32,000 bases of DNA from Geotalea daltonii FRC-32 (lineage in GTDB: Bacteria; Desulfobacterota; Desulfuromonadia; Geobacterales; Geobacteraceae). The stretch spans positions 2,070,001 through 2,102,000 of the forward strand of contig NC_011979.1 of NCBI RefSeq assembly GCF_000022265.1, written 5' to 3'. Under the pieces are notes generated by a model. The model was not told the DNA's origin. It searched no databases and worked only from the letters and a program-made list of their open reading frames with translations. Of the stretch, positions 1 to 8,108 are shown piece by piece (positions within the stretch are counted from its first letter, which is position 1; every line of letters starts with the position of its first letter). The position numbers and the translations under genes were made by a program.

Positions 1-1
1 G

Positions 2-736
2 CTCCTCGGCGCCAAGGTTACGCCGGTCACTGCAGGCACTGCCACCCTGAAGGATGCCATGAACGAGGCTATGCGGAACTGGGTTACCCATATCCAGACC
101 ACCTTTTACGTGATCGGCACCGTTGCCGGCCCCCATCCTTATCCGCTGATGGTCCGTGACTTCCAGTCCGTCATCGGCCGTGAGGCGAAAAAACAGCATC
201 TGAAGGTTGAAGGAAAGCTGCCCGACTACCTTGTGGCTGCCGTTGGCGGGGGAAGCAACGCCCTCGGCCTGTTTTATCCATTTATGGACGACATGGATGT
301 AAAAATGGTGGGCGTTGAGGCTGCCGGCTATGGAATAGCCTCTGGCAAGCACGCGGCACCGTTGTGTGCCGGGACCGTCGGGGTTCTACATGGTAACAAA
401 ACCTACCTGCTCCAGGATGAATTCGGCCAGATAGCCCATGCCCATTCCATTTCCGCAGGCCTTGATTATCCCGGAGTCGGTCCTGAGCATGCCTGGCTGA
501 AGGATTCCGGGCGTGCGGAATACGTGTCGGTAACCGATGATGAGGCACTGGAAGGATTCAAGCTCCTGACCAGGGAAGAGGGGATCTTGCCTGCACTGGA
601 GTCATCCCACGCCATTGCCCATGTCATTAGACTGGCACCGACCCTTCCCAGGGAAAAGACTATAGTGGTCTGTCTCTCCGGCAGGGGGGATAAGGACATC
701 CATACCGTTGCCGATGTGATGGGTGTTGAGTTGTAA
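2..736 (+). CDS. trpB: Tryptophan synthase beta subunit, C-terminal part (5' end lies outside the window)
   Basis: The frame is open from position 2. The translation [23 protein letters not shown]...[10 protein letters not shown]...VGGGSNA...[15 protein letters not shown]...LSGRGDKD is colinear with the C-terminal two thirds of canonical TrpB. Stop TAA at 734-736. Confidence 0.95.
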   Translation, partial: LLGAKVTPVTAGTATLKDAMNEAMRNWVTHIQTTFYVIGTVAGPHPYPLMVRDFQSVIGREAKKQHLKVEGKLPDYLVAAVGGGSNALGLFYPFMDDMDVKMVGVEAAGYGIASGKHAAPLCAGTVGVLHGNKTYLLQDEFGQIAHAHSISAGLDYPGVGPEHAWLKDSGRAEYVSVTDDEALEGFKLLTREEGILPALESSHAIAHVIRLAPTLPREKTIVVCLSGRGDKDIHTVADVMGVEL

Positions 737-792
737 AATATTGTTTTGTTGTTGTAACTAGCTGAAACTACAACTAAAGTCCAATTTTTGCT

Positions 793-821
793 TTGACATA
801 CGGAAATTTTTATTATATAAG
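793..821 (+). promoter_or_regulatory. sigma70-like promoter candidate (TTGACA-N17-TATAAG) in the AT-rich spacer after trpB
   Basis: TTGACA at 793-798, a 17-nt spacer, then TATAAG at 816-821. It lies in AT-rich DNA, so a chance match is possible. Confidence 0.3.
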
Positions 822-852
822 GTGACACCCTGCCATAATGACAGGTGAGAGA

Positions 853-879
853 AAAAGGACCCGGTGAGTGGGTCCTTTT
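853..879 (+). terminator. Rho-independent terminator-like hairpin
   Basis: GGACCC (857-862), a 7-nt loop, GGGTCC (870-875), then TTTT (876-879). An A-run precedes the stem. Confidence 0.6.
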
Positions 880-911
880 GGCGTTTAAATGGGGGGAGGA
901 AAAATTGCGGC

Positions 912-939
912 TTGCAAATAAACGTGAATCTATTATAAT
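912..939 (+). promoter_or_regulatory. sigma70-like promoter candidate (TTGCAA-N16-TATAAT) upstream of the SLT lipoprotein gene
   Basis: TTGCAA at 912-917, a 16-nt spacer, then a perfect TATAAT at 934-939, about 130 nt upstream of the ATG at 1068. Confidence 0.4.
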
Positions 940-1067
940 GCACTAATAATGAGGATGGATTAATTCTCAAATCCAAAGAAAGGAGATTTTGGCCGGAAAC
1001 GATACTGGAAATTCTGAGGGTCGCATGGACCAGCCGGCAAAGCCTGATAAAACCGACACTCTTTATT

Positions 1068-1715
1068 ATGAAAAAAACTATCTTGATTTTGGCAGCAATG
1101 CTTCTCATGGGGGTATCGTGCGACAAGTCTCATGTAAACCAGGCTCAAGCGCCTGTTGTTGGCGGAGACACGGAGCTCGATCGCGAGATTCGCAAGGTGA
1201 TGGAAAAAGGGATAAATCTGGAGGAAAGAAGGCGCCAGGTCCCCGCCATAGCCGCGGCCTTTGCCCGCCGGACCAATCCGGAGCGGGCACGCTGGCTGGC
1301 CGCGCTTTGCTACTTGAAAACGCTTGGGACTTCATTCATGCCGATGGATTTGGCAGAAATTGCCTTGGCAGAGACAGGCAACCATAGACTTTCGGCAAGG
1401 GCCGTGTCCCATAAAGGCGCCCTTGGCGTATGGCAGCTGATGCCATACAGGGCAAGGAGCCATGGCTATGAGCCTGAAGACATGGCTGACGATGAAAAAT
1501 GTGCCGCTGCTGCAGTTCGAGAACTGCTGAGCAAGATGGATATGGCCAAGGGAGACCTGGTCAGGGCAAAAAAACTATACTGCGGGGTGGGGCCGGCTGC
1601 CAATGCTTATGAGGCCAAGCGCCGCCAGTTCCGCAGGGAAATTCTCGATGAGCTGGGTAAATTAGGGCTCAAAGAGGCAGTGGTAAAGCAATATAAGGCA
1701 GAACAGCCTTCATAA
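1068..1715 (+). CDS. Lytic transglycosylase (SLT domain) lipoprotein
   Basis: 215 aa. Signal peptide with lipobox (LLMGVSC). SLT-like catalytic region AETGNHRL...GALGVWQLMPYRA. No clear Shine-Dalgarno sequence upstream. Confidence 0.75.
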   Translation: MKKTILILAAMLLMGVSCDKSHVNQAQAPVVGGDTELDREIRKVMEKGINLEERRRQVPAIAAAFARRTNPERARWLAALCYLKTLGTSFMPMDLAEIALAETGNHRLSARAVSHKGALGVWQLMPYRARSHGYEPEDMADDEKCAAAAVRELLSKMDMAKGDLVRAKKLYCGVGPAANAYEAKRRQFRREILDELGKLGLKEAVVKQYKAEQPS

Positions 1716-1759
1716 CCGGAATACGAATCCGGTGTTGCTGACAATCTGAATGTGCTATG

Positions 1760-1795
1760 CTGGGCGGGTCCGAAAGGATCCGCCCAGTCTTTTTG
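1760..1795 (+). terminator. Strong Rho-independent terminator after the SLT gene
   Basis: CTGGGCGGGTCC-GAAA-GGATCCGCCCAG forms a 12-bp stem (one G-T pair) with a GAAA tetraloop, followed by TCTTTTT. It ends 14 nt before the uup ATG. Confidence 0.8.
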
Positions 1796-1809
1796 AAAGA
1801 GAAAATTAA

Positions 1810-3720
1810 ATGAATGTTATAGATGTCGTTGGTCTGGAAAAGAGTTTCGGTGCCAGGAAGGTCATTGACCATATCACTTTTGCCATTGGGGAAGATGAAA
1901 AGATCGGTCTCATCGGCAGAAACGGTGCCGGTAAATCAACCCTGCTCATGATCCTCGGGGGGCTGGAGGATAGTGAAGGCGGAGTTATAGCCACTAAACG
2001 TGGCGCAACAACCGGTTATTTGTCCCAAGAACCGGCACTGGACCTGGATTTGACCGTGGCCGAGGAGATCGAGCGTGGACTGAAAGAAATACGTCAGGCC
2101 ATGGCAGAGTTCAATGAGCTGTCTGCTCGAATGGCGAGCGGCTCCCCGGATATTGACCGCCTTTTGAACAGACAGGGGGAGCTTTCCGGCTGGATAGAGC
2201 ATCACGGGGGGTGGAACACCGACTACCGGGTTGCGGAAATAATGACCCATCTGCAGCTTCCCGAACCGGACCAGCGGATCGCTGAACTTTCCGGCGGCAC
2301 CAAGCGACGGGTGGCTTTGGCCAAGTTGCTTCTCGAGGCGCCCGACCTGCTCATGCTGGACGAACCCACCAACCATTTGGATGCGGATACCACCCAATGG
2401 CTGCAGGAATATCTCAAGAGTTATCCGGGGGCGGTACTGCTCATTACCCACGACAGGTATTTTCTCGATCAGGTGGCAACCCGGATGCTGGAGCTGGATG
2501 AAGGGGTGATTTCCTCATTCAGCGGCGGCTATACCAGCTATTTGGAACAGAAGGAGCAGCAGCTTCTTCAGGAAGAACATTCACGTTCGCGTCTTTTGAA
2601 CCTGCTGCGTGTGGAAACCGCCTGGATCAGGCGCGGGGCCAAGGCAAGATCCACCAAACAGAAGGCCCGCATCGACCGCTATCAAGCCCTGCAGGAAAAG
2701 AACGTCGTCCCGCAGGCAAAGGACAGCAGGATCGCCTTCACCACCGAGGAAACCCTTGGCGGAACAGTCCTGGAATTTCACGCTCTCACCAAATCATTCG
2801 GTCCGCGGATACTGCTTTCAGACCTGACATTCCTGATGAAGCGGGGGGATCGCATCGGCATCATCGGTCCTAATGGTTGTGGCAAGAGCACCCTGTTGAA
2901 GATGATCATGGGGGAGGAGTGTCCCGATAAGGGCTCCGTCATCATCGGCAAAAAGACGCGCATAGCTTATTTCGATCAGGCCCGTGACATACTCGACCCT
3001 GAGCAGGCGATTTATGATTTTCTCGGCGAAGGGGATTACGTGCAGGTCGGTCCGGACAAACGCCATAAAATCGGCTACCTGGAGGACTTTCTCTTTTCTG
3101 CCTCCGATCGAAGACGTAAAATCGGCACCCTTTCCGGGGGAGAGAAAAGCCGCCTCATAATGGCAAGGCTGATGCTTCAGGATGCCAACCTGCTTATTCT
3201 CGATGAGCCGACCAATGATCTGGACATTCCCACCTTGCAGCTGCTTGACGAGTCGCTGTCCAGTTTCCCTGGCTGTGTCCTGATGGTTACCCACGATCGT
3301 TTCTTTTTGGACAAGGTAGCCACCGGCATCCTTGCTTTTGAAGGAAACGGCAGGGCCGTCTTTTACGAGGGAAACTACACCCAGTATCGTGAGCGCAGGG
3401 AGCAGGCACGGCTGGAAGAGAAGGTCGAAAGCAGGAAAGAGGAGCGGAAGCCAGGTAAACCCGTTTATGCTGAACCTAAGGCAAAAAAGGGACTCACCTA
3501 TGGCGAGCGGATCGAGCTGGAAAAGCTGGAACTGGTGATTGAGGATCTGGAGCAGCAAAAGTCGGCCCTGGAGGCAATGCTTGCCGATCCACTGCATTAT
3601 GAGCAGGCCGAAGGGGGTATTGCCGGAATTTCAGCCCGCTATACCGGGGTGGAGCGTGAACTGGCCGACAAATATGGACGCTGGGAAGAGCTTGAACTGA
3701 AGAAAGAAGGTAACAGCTGA
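1810..3720 (+). CDS. uup: ABC-F family ATPase with two ATP-binding cassettes and a C-terminal coiled-coil (Uup-like)
   Basis: 636 aa. Two Walker A motifs (GRNGAGKST, GPNGCGKST), two signature motifs (LSGGTKRR, LSGGEKSR) and two Walker B motifs (LLMLDEPTNHLD, LLILDEPTNDLD). No transmembrane domain. Charged K/E-rich tail. Confidence 0.85.
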   Translation: MNVIDVVGLEKSFGARKVIDHITFAIGEDEKIGLIGRNGAGKSTLLMILGGLEDSEGGVIATKRGATTGYLSQEPALDLDLTVAEEIERGLKEIRQAMAEFNELSARMASGSPDIDRLLNRQGELSGWIEHHGGWNTDYRVAEIMTHLQLPEPDQRIAELSGGTKRRVALAKLLLEAPDLLMLDEPTNHLDADTTQWLQEYLKSYPGAVLLITHDRYFLDQVATRMLELDEGVISSFSGGYTSYLEQKEQQLLQEEHSRSRLLNLLRVETAWIRRGAKARSTKQKARIDRYQALQEKNVVPQAKDSRIAFTTEETLGGTVLEFHALTKSFGPRILLSDLTFLMKRGDRIGIIGPNGCGKSTLLKMIMGEECPDKGSVIIGKKTRIAYFDQARDILDPEQAIYDFLGEGDYVQVGPDKRHKIGYLEDFLFSASDRRRKIGTLSGGEKSRLIMARLMLQDANLLILDEPTNDLDIPTLQLLDESLSSFPGCVLMVTHDRFFLDKVATGILAFEGNGRAVFYEGNYTQYRERREQARLEEKVESRKEERKPGKPVYAEPKAKKGLTYGERIELEKLELVIEDLEQQKSALEAMLADPLHYEQAEGGIAGISARYTGVERELADKYGRWEELELKKEGNS

Positions 3721-3742
3721 ACTGCATAAGTTAAGATGGCTG

Positions 3743-3776
3743 AAAAAACCCGCCCCTTGAAAAGGGCGGGTTTTTT
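3743..3776. terminator. Bidirectional Rho-independent terminator between convergent uup and the cytochrome gene
   Basis: AAAAAA-CCCGCCC-(8-nt loop)-GGGCGGG-TTTTTT. The A-run and T-run flank the stem symmetrically, so it can terminate transcription from either strand. Confidence 0.85.
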
Positions 3777-3783
3777 GTTGGGC

Positions 3784-5850
3784 CTATGGCACCGGTCGTC
3801 CTCCACCGGATTCAGCCAACAGGTAGTTATATGCTCGTTGCCATGTGGTGGCGCCGAGCTTGGTGCTGAGCGTAAGATCGTCGTTCAAGCCGTGAAGAGT
3901 TCCATTGAACGTGGTGCTGACGCTGCTATTCAACAAACCATCATCGAGCCAGTCTATGGAATCATACATGAGCCTTTTGGCGTAGGCGGGATTATGGGCA
4001 AAAGCACCGGGGTCGTAATAAAACATGAACCAGTTGTAGGTTGCTCCCATGTTATAGGCGGCTTTACGTATTAACTTCGGACTTCCGCCGTCAACCGGAT
4101 CGATGAAGCCGGAGCCGGGGACGGTCTCGTTGGTACTGGCAGAACGCAGCCAGGGCTGAATGATCTGGCCTGTAGTGTTGGTCCCGTACCAGTTGCTGGA
4201 GGTGGGAACCCGTCCCTGGGTATCGAAATCCACTCTTGTCAGGCGGACGTCGAGAGCAAAGGCTAGTACCTGTCTGAAGGCTTCAACTGCGGCGCGGAAA
4301 TCATCCTTTTCCGCTTGCAGTTTTGCCGGTGTCCAGGCATTGGAACCGGTATGGCAGGTGGCGCAGGCTCTGCTGGTTATCGCTGTGATCGGCAGGGCCG
4401 GATTCCTGACATCATGCAGATAGGTGTTGCTTGCTTCGCGATTGACGGGCAGGAATGTATGGGACGTGGCGCCGTCGGAGCCATTGCTGTTCAGGTGACA
4501 GCCAATGCAGGGACCATGGCCGCGGCTGTCGCCGGCGAAAGGCCCTTTGCCGTTCGGTGCTGTCTGATTCATGCCGATGTAGCGATGGGAAAACTTGTCG
4601 CTTGAGTACATGGCGGCGCTGGTATAGAACTCGAAGCCACCTTTTTGATAGAGCATCTGGGCTGCGCCACGGAAATGGTTGACGATCCTTCCGGTACTCG
4701 CCCAATCGATACCCCTTAAGTCGGCCATCTTGATGGTATTACCCACAAGCCGCCCTGAGTGGCAGGCGACGCACAGGTTGGAATCTCCCGCATCATCGAA
4801 TGTCACTACAGACCGAACGGCACGAGTTATTTTACTTGCCGGCCTTCCGGAGTAGTTGGCATAGATGAGGGTTTGGGGCACTTTGCGCAATTTGAAATTG
4901 TAGGTGTTCCCCTTGCCGTCGTCATGACAGACGTCGCAGTTGGTCAACTCCCTCGTCTTGTCTGATGAAAGCCTGCTTCTAAGGGCGGAAAAGGTGGCGC
5001 TTGGCAGGTTCATATAATCGTCAAGCCGATATGGCTTTCCGGTTTTAGGATCGGCGGGTCCAAAGGGACTGAGATTGGTAAATCCCGATTTGACATAATT
5101 GATGAAACCGGTCGAGGTGTGGCAGCGGAGACAGCCGGAGTTGTAAGTGGCGCTGGCTGTGCCTGTAGAATTATCGCTCCACTGCTGCGATGCCGGACCG
5201 AACGAACCTGCGGTCTTGAAATCGACTTCCTCCCGGGAAATGTTACGGAAATCGTATTGGATGGGGGCACTCGTTTCATTTGGATTTTCCAGGCCAAGAG
5301 TAGTGCCATGCCCGCTGCGCGACCAGTCCTTGTTGTACGTGATCAAGGTACTGGTGTCGTGAGGATTATGGCACTTGCGGCAGTTGTTTACATAATTATA
5401 AGAAACAAAGGATGCCGGGTACTCATAGCCGGTCATGTTGTTGAAATGGGCGCTCTGTGTGTTAAGCGGCAGACCGGCGTAACTCTTGCGAGCATCGTAG
5501 CCGGTTGTTGCATTATGGCATTTGCCACACATGCCGGCTTTTTCAGGGTTGTAGAATTCAAGCCCGGCCGTTGTCGAGCCGCCGTGGCAGCTGCCGCAGG
5601 TGTTTGGATGGCCGTTGCCGCTGCCGTGGCAGTCGATGCAGCTGGCTCCATGAAGTGTCCCGTGTGCCGACCGTGCCCACTCATCATTGATTTTTGCACC
5701 GGTAACGGATGAAATAGCCTGTGATGTATTGTGGCAGTCAATGCATTTTTCCGAGGCAGCAAAGGTTGACCCATTCTGACTGGTTTTATCACTTCCGCAG
5801 CCACCCAATAACAGTGTGAATAACAGGAACATTAATCGGCAATATTTCAT
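3784..5850 (-). CDS. Decahaem c-type cytochrome lipoprotein (paralog A, 688 aa)
   Basis: Signal peptide with lipobox LLLGGC. Ten CXXCH motifs: CIDCH x2, CGSCH, CGKCH, CRKCH, CLRCH, CDVCH, CVACH, CIGCH, CATCH. AAGGAGG Shine-Dalgarno sequence upstream of the ATG at 5850. Confidence 0.9.
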   Translation of the reverse strand: MKYCRLMFLLFTLLLGGCGSDKTSQNGSTFAASEKCIDCHNTSQAISSVTGAKINDEWARSAHGTLHGASCIDCHGSGNGHPNTCGSCHGGSTTAGLEFYNPEKAGMCGKCHNATTGYDARKSYAGLPLNTQSAHFNNMTGYEYPASFVSYNYVNNCRKCHNPHDTSTLITYNKDWSRSGHGTTLGLENPNETSAPIQYDFRNISREEVDFKTAGSFGPASQQWSDNSTGTASATYNSGCLRCHTSTGFINYVKSGFTNLSPFGPADPKTGKPYRLDDYMNLPSATFSALRSRLSSDKTRELTNCDVCHDDGKGNTYNFKLRKVPQTLIYANYSGRPASKITRAVRSVVTFDDAGDSNLCVACHSGRLVGNTIKMADLRGIDWASTGRIVNHFRGAAQMLYQKGGFEFYTSAAMYSSDKFSHRYIGMNQTAPNGKGPFAGDSRGHGPCIGCHLNSNGSDGATSHTFLPVNREASNTYLHDVRNPALPITAITSRACATCHTGSNAWTPAKLQAEKDDFRAAVEAFRQVLAFALDVRLTRVDFDTQGRVPTSSNWYGTNTTGQIIQPWLRSASTNETVPGSGFIDPVDGGSPKLIRKAAYNMGATYNWFMFYYDPGAFAHNPAYAKRLMYDSIDWLDDGLLNSSVSTTFNGTLHGLNDDLTLSTKLGATTWQRAYNYLLAESGGGRPVP
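5576..5770 (-). repeat. Copy A of the conserved N-terminal haem-module DNA shared by the two cytochrome paralogs
   Basis: Aligns by eye with 7585-7779. The core 5576-5650 versus 7585-7659 differs at only about 8 of 75 positions. It encodes ...CIDCHGSGNGHP..CGSCHGGST. Confidence 0.7.
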
Positions 5851-6097
5851 GCTGGTGCTGCCTCCTTTACTATAAAAGCATTGTTTATTATGGTTCTTCA
5901 GACATTTCCCGGGAAGACAGTCGTGGCATCGGGAGAGAGTGACGAGCTACAGCGGCGAGCGGACACCCGCCCCATGTGGAACGGAGGCAACCCACCAATT
6001 AAAGCATCGTGGCCACGCCGGATGGAAATGCATGCATGGTGGGAAATACTGGAAGGGAGAAGGCATTCTTTTGTGACCCGTTAATAGTTGGGAATGG

Positions 6098-6130
6098 AAA
6101 AGAGCCCCTGAATTTCGGGGGCTCTCTTTT
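6098..6130 (-). terminator. Rho-independent terminator of cytochrome paralog B
   Basis: On the minus strand: AGAGCCCC-(8-nt loop)-GGGGCTCT followed by TTTTCC, immediately after the stop at 6135-6137. It separates the two cytochrome genes into distinct transcription units. Confidence 0.75.
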
Positions 6131-6134
6131 CAGG

Positions 6135-7871
6135 TTAGTACGGTCTGGCGGTGGAGTAGAAAGTTCCATCCTGTCTTTGAAAGAACCCTGACGGGAACGC
6201 GGTACTCACATATGATTCATTCAACAACCCATCATCGAGAAAATCGAGAGAGTCATAGATAAGTCGCGCTGTGTAGCGGTGATTGTGAGCATAGCCGCCG
6301 GGGTCACGGAAGCAGAGATTCAGGTTGAAGGCGGCACCGAGTGTCCCCTCGTTAGGCCATGGAGCCTGAGCCGGGACCGGTGGCGTCACGGTAGTGTTAC
6401 CTGCGTAGCCGTAGGCTTTCGTCCGGTCATTGTGGTTCACTCCCCCGGGCCAGAAATAGGGGACGCGGTCCGGGTCATAGTATATCCCCTTCGCAGCCAG
6501 GGCGTCCTCCAGTTCCTTGAGCCTTTCGGCATATTCGGCCTTCAGGGTGCGTATGTCGGCTGGGTCTCCGAATGCCAGAGAGACGCTCCCCACGTGGCAC
6601 TTGACACAGACACGGTCGTTTGCCGGGAAGGAAGAGATCGTTGCGTTGATAACCTCCCTGGGACTTTTGGGTCCAGTACCATCCAGTTCCACCACCTTCA
6701 TTGTGTGGTTGTCGTCGTACATATGGCAGGCAACGCAGGGACCACGGGTGGTGCCCAGATTTACCGTGTAGGTTTTGATCACATTTTTGATGCCCAGTTC
6801 ACCGTGCATGAAATAGACACCGCCGTTGTAGATAAGCTGGTAATCGCTATGGGGGCGGTATTCATAGCCCAGGGTACCGTAGAGGGTGCCTGCGGCTGCG
6901 AAATAATGGGAATTTTTTGCCGTTGTCTGGGCAGTACCGGGGTAGGTACCGAAGAAGTTCCTGCCTGAGGTCAGGCCCGAATGACAGTTGATACAGAGAT
7001 TGGAATCTCCTGCGCTCTGATAGGTGGTGCTGGTGGCACTTTCATTTGCTTTTCCGTAGGTAAGGATGGCGCTGCTGAAACTGCCGTAGGGAACGGTCAC
7101 GCCATTGACGCCGCTTGTCCTGCCGTCGACCCTCTTGTAGGAGTAATCCGTATGGCAACCGTTGCAGCGGAGCATTTCCCTGCTCTTGTCAGCTGAAACC
7201 GTTGCCCAAGGCGATGTATCTCCGGTCTTTATGTATTTCAAGAATCCGGTGGTGGTGTGGCACCTGTTGCATGGGTTCATGGTCTTGAAGTCGTAGTGGA
7301 TCCAGGGATCGGCATTGACTTCCCCGTGGCCCGATTCGGCCCATTCCCGGTGCTGCGGCAGGAGGGTGCTTTGGTGGGGAGCATGACAGCCGGTGCACTT
7401 GTTGACGTTTTGCGTTCCAACGTAGCTGGAGGTCGGGACTTTGTCTCCATAGGTGTTGAGAGTGGTGTAGACATCGAAGTGTTTTTCCCCTACGCCGAGT
7501 GGGAAACGTGTTGCATTGACACCATGGCATTTATAGCACTGACCGGCAGAGTCGGGGTTGTGGAATCCCGTGCCGGCAACAGTGGAGCCGCCGTGGCAAC
7601 TGCCGCAGTTGCTGGGGTGGCCGTTACCGCTGCCATGGCAGTCGATGCAGCTTGCTCCTCTCATGAGGTTGTGGCTGGACGCGGCCCATTCGTCGTTAAT
7701 CTTGGCTCCGGTTACCTTTGACACAGGGCTGGAGATGTTGTGGCAGGTGATGCATTTATCGGAGGCAGCGAAGGTGGATTGGGTCAGGCTGTCACTGCTA
7801 TCGCTGCCGCACGCTGTCAACAAAAGCAGCAGTGAGAATAAAATCAGCGTTAGAGGATAAGACAATCTCAT
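6135..7871 (-). CDS. Decahaem c-type cytochrome lipoprotein (paralog B, 578 aa)
   Basis: Signal peptide with lipobox LLLTAC. Ten CXXCH motifs: CITCH, CIDCH, CGSCH, CYKCH, CTGCH, CNRCH, CNGCH, CINCH, CVACH, CVKCH. AAGGAGG Shine-Dalgarno sequence 7 nt upstream. Colinear with paralog A along its whole length. Confidence 0.9.
   Translation of the reverse strand: MRLSYPLTLILFSLLLLLTACGSDSSDSLTQSTFAASDKCITCHNISSPVSKVTGAKINDEWAASSHNLMRGASCIDCHGSGNGHPSNCGSCHGGSTVAGTGFHNPDSAGQCYKCHGVNATRFPLGVGEKHFDVYTTLNTYGDKVPTSSYVGTQNVNKCTGCHAPHQSTLLPQHREWAESGHGEVNADPWIHYDFKTMNPCNRCHTTTGFLKYIKTGDTSPWATVSADKSREMLRCNGCHTDYSYKRVDGRTSGVNGVTVPYGSFSSAILTYGKANESATSTTYQSAGDSNLCINCHSGLTSGRNFFGTYPGTAQTTAKNSHYFAAAGTLYGTLGYEYRPHSDYQLIYNGGVYFMHGELGIKNVIKTYTVNLGTTRGPCVACHMYDDNHTMKVVELDGTGPKSPREVINATISSFPANDRVCVKCHVGSVSLAFGDPADIRTLKAEYAERLKELEDALAAKGIYYDPDRVPYFWPGGVNHNDRTKAYGYAGNTTVTPPVPAQAPWPNEGTLGAAFNLNLCFRDPGGYAHNHRYTARLIYDSLDFLDDGLLNESYVSTAFPSGFFQRQDGTFYSTARPY
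7585..7779 (-). repeat. Copy B of the conserved N-terminal haem-module DNA
   Basis: See the 5576-5770 repeat. It occupies the same position in the paralogous gene. Confidence 0.7.
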
Positions 7872-7890
7872 TCATTTGCCTCCTTTAATC

Positions 7891-7918
7891 AAAATGACGG
7901 TATTGTGACTGTCATTTT
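7891..7918. promoter_or_regulatory. Inverted repeat in the divergent cytochrome control region / 5' UTR of paralog B
   Basis: AAAATGAC at 7891-7898 pairs with GTCATTTT at 7911-7918 (TGAC-N12-GTCA core). On the minus-strand mRNA the hairpin is followed by UUUUGAUU and then the AAAGGAGG Shine-Dalgarno sequence. Confidence 0.35.
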
Positions 7919-8108
7919 TCAAAGCATGGGAAATATAAGTTAGGTTACTGTTTTAGTAAATATTTTTCTTTGCCTGGACGCACGGCAGTTGACTTACCTG
8001 ATTCAATATTGTAATAGTGGTTGGGCTCATTTTTGTTTAAATGGTGGATGTTTAAAAGCTTTCTGCCTTTAATTTAGTATTTTTAATTCTGTGGGGAGGG
8101 TGTTTTTC

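Noticed and set aside
989-1387. A 132-aa ORF overlapping the start of the SLT lipoprotein gene in another frame
   Set aside because: The translation is Gly/Arg/Ser-rich with no motif. The overlapping frame (1068-1715) has a proper lipoprotein signal peptide and an SLT catalytic motif.
2818-3597. Long antisense or alternative-frame ORFs. Examples:
- 2818-3597 (-)
- 5119-5712 (+)
- 6279-6968 (+)
- 10033-10680 (-)
- 10575-11342 (-)
- 13079-13987 (-)
- 17156-17932 (-)
- 24848-25837 (-)
- 25033-25986 (+)
   Set aside because: - Each lies entirely inside, and opposite or out of frame to, a gene with an unambiguous family signature.
- Their translations are low-complexity and rich in Arg, Pro, Gly and Ser, with no recognisable motifs, Shine-Dalgarno sequences or signal peptides.
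- This is typical shadow-ORF behaviour in GC-rich coding DNA.
5851-6097. A c-di-GMP/cGAMP (GEMM-I) riboswitch in the long leaders of the cytochrome genes, as is known upstream of several Geobacter extracellular cytochrome genes
   Set aside because: I read both leaders (5851-6097 and 7872-8090) on the minus strand. I could not find the conserved GGGCAAA...GGGACGCAAAGCC core or a convincing two-hairpin architecture. An Infernal scan would be the proper test.
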